A DNA stretch of 32,000 nt, from the NCBI RefSeq assembly GCF_964059045.1, contig NZ_OZ060402.1:240001-272000 (forward strand). The letters are read 5' to 3'. The position numbers and the translations under genes are program-made. The DNA is from Candidatus Saccharimonadota bacterium (GTDB taxonomy: Bacteria > Pseudomonadota > Gammaproteobacteria > Enterobacterales > Enterobacteriaceae). The notes under the pieces are model-generated. The model was given only the letters and a program-made list of their open reading frames with translations. It was not told where the DNA came from and ran no database searches. This document shows, in pieces, positions 26,819 to 32,000 of the stretch (position 1 is its first letter; each line of letters starts with the position of its first letter).

Positions 26819-28606
26819 TTAATAAGTTTTTAAAAGAGATAAAAATGCTTCTTTAGGAATTTGTATATTGCCAATTTTTTTCATTTTTCTTTTTCCATCT
26901 TTTTGTTTTTGTAATAATTTTTTCTTCCTGGAAATATCTCCACCATAGCATTTTGCTAATACATTTTTTCTAAGTTGTTTAATAGTAGCACGAGCTATAA
27001 CATGATTACTAATAGCAGCTTGAATAGAAATATCAAACTGATGTCTTGGAATAATTTTTTTAATTTTTTCTACAATCATTCGACTATATAATTGAGAATT
27101 ATCACGATGTGTAATAACAGATAATGAATCAATTTTTTCATTATTGATTAAAATATCTAAACAAATTAGATCAGCTTTTTTAAAATATTTAAAATTATAA
27201 TCTAATGATGCATAACCACTAGAAATAGATTTTAGATGATCAAAAAAATTTAAAATAATTTCTGAAATAGGAATGTAATAAGTAATTGAAACTTGGTGAT
27301 TATGATAAATTATATTTTTTTGTATACCACGTTTTTCTTCACATAATTTAATAATATTACCTACATATTTTTGTGGTACTAATATGTGGCATTCTGCAAT
27401 AGGTTCTCTTAATTCTCTAATAGTATTTGTTAATGGTAAATTAGAAGGTGTATTAAAATATAAAACTTTTTTATTTATTAGTTCAACTTGATATACTACA
27501 CTAGGAGTAGTTGAAATTAAATCAAGATCATATTCTCTTTCTAATCTTGCTTGAATAATTTCCATATGTAATAAACCTAAAAAACCGCATCTAAAACCAA
27601 ATCCTAATGCAGAAGAATTTTCAGGTTCATAAAATAAAGAAGTATCATTTAAACTTAATTTGCCTAGTGCGTTTCTAAAGTTTTCATATTGATTAGAATT
27701 AATAGGAAACAAGCCAGCATATATTTGTGGTTTGACTTTTTTAAATTTTAACAATGGTTTTAAAGCTGGATTATTAAATGAAGTTAAAGTATCTCCTACA
27801 GGTATAGCTGTAATATTTTTAATACCACATGAAATCCAACCGACTTCTCCAGATTTTAAAATATTTTGCATAATTCTTTTTGGAGTAAAAATTCCAATTT
27901 GATCAATTTGATAATTTTTTTTAGTACTCATTACTTGAATTTTATCACCTTGATGTATTATACCATTTTTAATACATACTAATGACATAACTCCTAAATA
28001 ATTATCAAACCAAGAATCGACAATTAATACTTGAAGTTTTTCATCATTATCTCCATTCGGATGAGGAATATCACTAATAATTTTTTCTAAAACTTGAGTA
28101 ATTCCTTCACCAGTTTTTGCTGAACATTGCACTATATTATTAATTGGAATTTTCATAATTGCTTTTATGTCTTGTTCTACTTTTTTTGGATTTGCAGTAG
28201 GAAGATCAATTTTATTTAATACTGGTATGATTTTTAAATTCATATTAATTGCTGTATAGTAATTAGATAAAGTTTGAGCTTCGATTCCTTGTGTAGCATC
28301 AATGACTAGTAAAGCTCCTTCACAAGCTGATAATGATCTTGATACTTCATAAGAAAAATTTACATGACCCGGAGTATCTATAATATTTAAATGAAATATT
28401 TTCCCATTCTTGGCCAAATAATTTATTTTTACACTATGAGCTTTTATAGTGATACCTCTTTCTTTTTCTAATTCCATTGAATCTAATATTTGTGAAGATA
28501 TTTTTTGTTTTGATAATGGTTTGCAATTTTGAATAAATCGATCAGCTAATGTAGATTTTCCATGATCGATATGTGCAATGATAGAAAAATTTCTTATATT
28601 TTTCAT
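26819..28606 (-). CDS. lepA: Translation elongation factor 4 (LepA)
   Basis: 595-aa ORF with [51 protein letters not shown] and NKIDLP. The LepA-specific C-terminal domain is present. lepA-lepB-rnc-era order is as in E. coli. Confidence 0.97.
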   Translation of the reverse strand: MKNIRNFSIIAHIDHGKSTLADRFIQNCKPLSKQKISSQILDSMELEKERGITIKAHSVKINYLAKNGKIFHLNIIDTPGHVNFSYEVSRSLSACEGALLVIDATQGIEAQTLSNYYTAINMNLKIIPVLNKIDLPTANPKKVEQDIKAIMKIPINNIVQCSAKTGEGITQVLEKIISDIPHPNGDNDEKLQVLIVDSWFDNYLGVMSLVCIKNGIIHQGDKIQVMSTKKNYQIDQIGIFTPKRIMQNILKSGEVGWISCGIKNITAIPVGDTLTSFNNPALKPLLKFKKVKPQIYAGLFPINSNQYENFRNALGKLSLNDTSLFYEPENSSALGFGFRCGFLGLLHMEIIQARLEREYDLDLISTTPSVVYQVELINKKVLYFNTPSNLPLTNTIRELREPIAECHILVPQKYVGNIIKLCEEKRGIQKNIIYHNHQVSITYYIPISEIILNFFDHLKSISSGYASLDYNFKYFKKADLICLDILINNEKIDSLSVITHRDNSQLYSRMIVEKIKKIIPRHQFDISIQAAISNHVIARATIKQLRKNVLAKCYGGDISRKKKLLQKQKDGKRKMKKIGNIQIPKEAFLSLLKTY

Positions 28607-29061
28607 ATTTAATAATTCACTTTTAATTAATTTTTTTATTTTTATGATGTATTTTAAAGTACTATATTAAAAAAAAATATTAATGTATATTATTTAAAAT
28701 AAAATATATATTATAGATCAAAATCAATATAAAATTAAAAAATAAAAAAATAATTATATTTATATAATTGTTTTAACATTATAAATATTTATATTGATAG
28801 TTATATATTTAGTATTTTTATATTAATATATAAAAATTATATAAAAATTATAGATTTAAAAAATTATATAATAGTATTCACAAAAAATGATATTATTAAT
28901 AAATTTTAAAAAAAATAATTATTATGATTAATTTTTTTAATTTTGATTCATGTTGATTATAAATTTCAAAAAAATATAAAATTTTATTAAATCGACTATC
29001 TAAATTAGTGATTTAATTCTTTATTTCATCAATTTTTATTAAAAATTAGAAAATTTCCATT

Positions 29062-30183
29062 ATGTTAATCAATAAAAAAAATAAAGTTATTGTAGCAATG
29101 TCCGGAGGTGTGGATTCTTCTGTTTCTGCTTGGTTATTGCAACAACAAAATTATCAAGTAGAAGGTTTGTTTATGAAAAATTGGGAGGAAAATGATAATA
29201 AACAATATTGTTCATCTAAAAAAGATTTAGAAGATGCTCAAAGAGTTTGTGATCAATTAGGTTTATATTTACATACTATTAATTTTTCTATTGAATATTG
29301 GGAAAAAGTATTTTTAAATTTTATTAATGAATATAAAAGAGGAACTACACCTAATCCAGATATTTTATGTAACAAAGAAATTAAATTTAAATTATTTTTA
29401 GATTTTGCTATTACTGAATTAGGTAGTGATTTTATAGCAACTGGACATTATGTCAGAAAAAAAAACATAGATAATCAAGAAATATTATTAAGAGGGATTG
29501 ATAAAACGAAAGATCAAAGTTATTTCTTATATACTTTAAATCAATATCAATTGAAAAAAAGTTTATTTCCTCTTGGAGAATTAAAAAAACAATCAGTTCG
29601 TGAAATTGCACATAAACTAAATATGAGTATAGCTAACAAAAAAGATTCTACTGGAATTTGTTTTATTGAACCAAAAAATTTTCAAAATTTTTTAAGTCGT
29701 TATTTTAATATTGTTAAAGGAAAGATTATTACTGTTTATAAAGAAGTTATAGGAATACATTCAGGATTAATTTATTATACTTTAGGTCAACGTAAAGGAT
29801 TAAAAATTGGAGGCTTAAAAAATAAAAAAAAATTACCATGGTATGTTGTTGATAAAATTATTCATTTAAATCTATTAATAGTAGCACAAGGAAAAAATAA
29901 TCCTTATTTGATGTCTATTGGTTTAATAGTTAAAAATTTACATTGGATTAATAAAAATTATTTTTTTAAAAAAAATATGATTTGTAGAATTCAAATTAGA
30001 CATCTTCAATCAGCGGTATTATGTCAATTAATACCTATAGATGATAAATATATTAAAGTTTTATTTCAATCTCCAATATCATCGGTGACACCGGGTCAAT
30101 CTGCTGTTTTTTATTTTTCTAATATATGTTTAGGAGGAGGGGTAATTTCATCTAGATTGCCTTATGTTTCATTATATATATAA
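29062..30183 (+). CDS. mnmA: tRNA 2-thiouridine(34) synthase MnmA (TrmU)
   Basis: 373-aa ORF with the PP-loop [18 protein letters not shown], then [19 protein letters not shown] and KDQSYFLY. Confidence 0.94.
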   Translation: MLINKKNKVIVAMSGGVDSSVSAWLLQQQNYQVEGLFMKNWEENDNKQYCSSKKDLEDAQRVCDQLGLYLHTINFSIEYWEKVFLNFINEYKRGTTPNPDILCNKEIKFKLFLDFAITELGSDFIATGHYVRKKNIDNQEILLRGIDKTKDQSYFLYTLNQYQLKKSLFPLGELKKQSVREIAHKLNMSIANKKDSTGICFIEPKNFQNFLSRYFNIVKGKIITVYKEVIGIHSGLIYYTLGQRKGLKIGGLKNKKKLPWYVVDKIIHLNLLIVAQGKNNPYLMSIGLIVKNLHWINKNYFFKKNMICRIQIRHLQSAVLCQLIPIDDKYIKVLFQSPISSVTPGQSAVFYFSNICLGGGVISSRLPYVSLYI

Positions 30184-30426
30184 AATATATATAAAAATAT
30201 AATACATAGTAAAGTATAACTATATAAAAATCAAACTATATGAGAATTCAAATTATCAATTTGTAATTTTTTAAAATGATTAAAATAATTATTGATTTTA
30301 TGTTTTTAAATTTTTAATATGAATTCCAATTATTGATATATTAAAAACAACGTAAAGAATTTTAAATTTTATAATTATTACATCAGAATTAATTTTAGTC
30401 TTTAATTAAACATTAGGTATAATATA

Positions 30427-31797
30427 ATGAATGTCTTTTCTATAACTGCAATTTCACCAATAGATGGTCGTTATTTTGAAATGACATCTATTTTAAAAAA
30501 ATTATTTAGTGAATATGGATTATTGAAATTTCGTATAAAAATAGAAATTTTATGGCTAAAACAATTATCTATGCATGCTGAATTAAAAGAATTACCATCT
30601 TTTAATCAATCAATAATAAAAATATTAACAGAAATTGAAGAAAATTTTAATGAAGAAGATGCATTATATATAAAAATATTAGAAAAAAAAAATCAACATG
30701 ATGTTAAATCAATAGAATATTTTTTAAAAAATAAAATTCAAATGCAATTAAATTGTTCTATCAATTTAGAATTTATTCATTTTTCATGTACTTCTGATGA
30801 TATTAATAATTTAGCATATGCATTAATATTAAAAGATACAAGAAAAAATATATTAATTCCATTATGGGATAATATTATTCAAGAAATAAAAAAAATGGTT
30901 TTTAAATATAAAAACATTGCTATTTTATCTCGTACTCATGGTCAAGCCGCTACTCCATCAACCATGGGTAAAGAAATAGCTAATTTTTTATATCGCATGA
31001 TGCGTCAATTAAAAATATTTAAAAAAATAGATATATTAGGGAAAATAAATGGTACTGTTGGAAATTATAATGCTCATCATGTTGCTTATCCAAATATAAA
31101 TTGGCATAAATTTAGTCAAGAATTTGTTACTGGATTAGGTATAAAATGGAATCCATTTACAACTCAAATAGAACCACATGATTATATTTCAGAATTACTA
31201 GATTGTATTATTAGATTTAATAATATTTTATTAGATTTTAATCGAGATATTTGGAGTTATATATCAATCAATTATTTCAATCAAAATGTTAATGAAAACG
31301 AAGTAGGTTCTTCAATTATGCCTCATAAAATTAATCCAATAGATTTTGAAAATTCTGAAGGAAATTTAGGATTATCAAATTCTATAATGCAACATATGTC
31401 AAATAAATTATTAATCTCTAGATGGCAACGAGATTTAAGTGATTCAACTGTGTTAAGAAATTTAGGAGTAGCTGTTTCTTATTCTGTTATTGCATATAAA
31501 TCTGTTTTGTCAGGCATAAGTAAATTACAAATTAATAAAAAAGTTTTATTTACAGATCTAGAAATGCATTGGGAAATATTAGCTGAACCAATACAAACTA
31601 TGATGAGAAAAAATAATATTAAAAATTCATATGAAATTCTTAAAAAAATGACTAGAGGTAAAAAAATTAATCAAAAATTAATTAGAGATTTTATTAATAC
31701 ATTAAACATACCTGATCAAGAAAAGAGACAGTTACAATTATTAACACCTCATAATTATTTAGGATATGCTTCAAGAATTGTTGATGAAATTATTTAA
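30427..31797 (+). CDS. purB: Adenylosuccinate lyase
   Basis: 456-aa ORF, the same length as E. coli PurB. It has LTAISPIDGRY-type N-terminus, TSDDINN, THGQAATP.T.GKE and the fumarate-lyase signature GSSIMPHKINPIDFEN.EGN. Confidence 0.96.
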   Translation: MNVFSITAISPIDGRYFEMTSILKKLFSEYGLLKFRIKIEILWLKQLSMHAELKELPSFNQSIIKILTEIEENFNEEDALYIKILEKKNQHDVKSIEYFLKNKIQMQLNCSINLEFIHFSCTSDDINNLAYALILKDTRKNILIPLWDNIIQEIKKMVFKYKNIAILSRTHGQAATPSTMGKEIANFLYRMMRQLKIFKKIDILGKINGTVGNYNAHHVAYPNINWHKFSQEFVTGLGIKWNPFTTQIEPHDYISELLDCIIRFNNILLDFNRDIWSYISINYFNQNVNENEVGSSIMPHKINPIDFENSEGNLGLSNSIMQHMSNKLLISRWQRDLSDSTVLRNLGVAVSYSVIAYKSVLSGISKLQINKKVLFTDLEMHWEILAEPIQTMMRKNNIKNSYEILKKMTRGKKINQKLIRDFINTLNIPDQEKRQLQLLTPHNYLGYASRIVDEII

Positions 31798-32000
31798 TAT
31801 TTTTTATTGAGCAATAAATTATTATTTTAAAATATTTAAAATATATATTTTTATCAAAATATATAAATAAATACATTAATTTTTATGAATCACACATAAT
31901 AGTAACATAATCAACATTATGTAAAAAAATAATTTTTAAATATATTGTATTATGATGCATATTTAAATTTTTATGTGTTCAAGGTTATTAATAATGAAAT

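Noticed and set aside
31994-32000. A possible start of the next gene at ATG 31994 at the window edge
   Set aside because: Only 7 nt are visible, so there is no basis for a call.

Overview
This window is an extremely AT-rich, gene-dense stretch of housekeeping core from a reduced gammaproteobacterial endosymbiont. The 16S rRNA sequence and the gene order match what I recall for Buchnera aphidicola: tsf-pyrH-frr, bamA-fabZ-rnhB-dnaE, proS, flhB-flhA, argS, rrs-tRNAIle-tRNAAla, gloB-rnhA, dnaQ-tRNAAsp-gpt-grpE, yfjF, smpB-tadA, acpS-era-rnc-lepB-lepA, mnmA, purB. I cannot run a search to confirm the assignment. I support 26 protein genes (25 complete, plus the 3' end of tsf), one 16S rRNA, three tRNAs, two near-consensus sigma70 promoters in front of stable-RNA genes, and a conserved rrn leader (boxA plus an RNase III processing stem). 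I also support one coding tandem repeat and two long perfect palindromes. All ORFs look intact. I found no transposase, integrase, phage, CRISPR, toxin-antitoxin or defence-like content, and I see no evidence of a novel multi-gene system here. The features most worth a second look are listed below.
- A 113-bp perfect palindrome fills the whole rnhA-gloB spacer and reaches into both genes.
- A second perfect palindrome of 61 bp lies in the frr-bamA spacer, where E. coli carries dxr-ispU-cdsA-rseP.
- A perfect 3 x 30 bp in-frame tandem repeat sits in grpE.
- The flhB-flhA export-gate pair is retained, with an NPIH variant of the FlhB autocleavage motif.
- The ProRS editing (INS) domain appears eroded.
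- The rrs-tRNA operon ends 7 nt from a convergent gene.
Five ORFs in the supplied track are spurious: two lie inside the rRNA, two are antisense to real genes, and one is an alternative-frame ORF inside argS.
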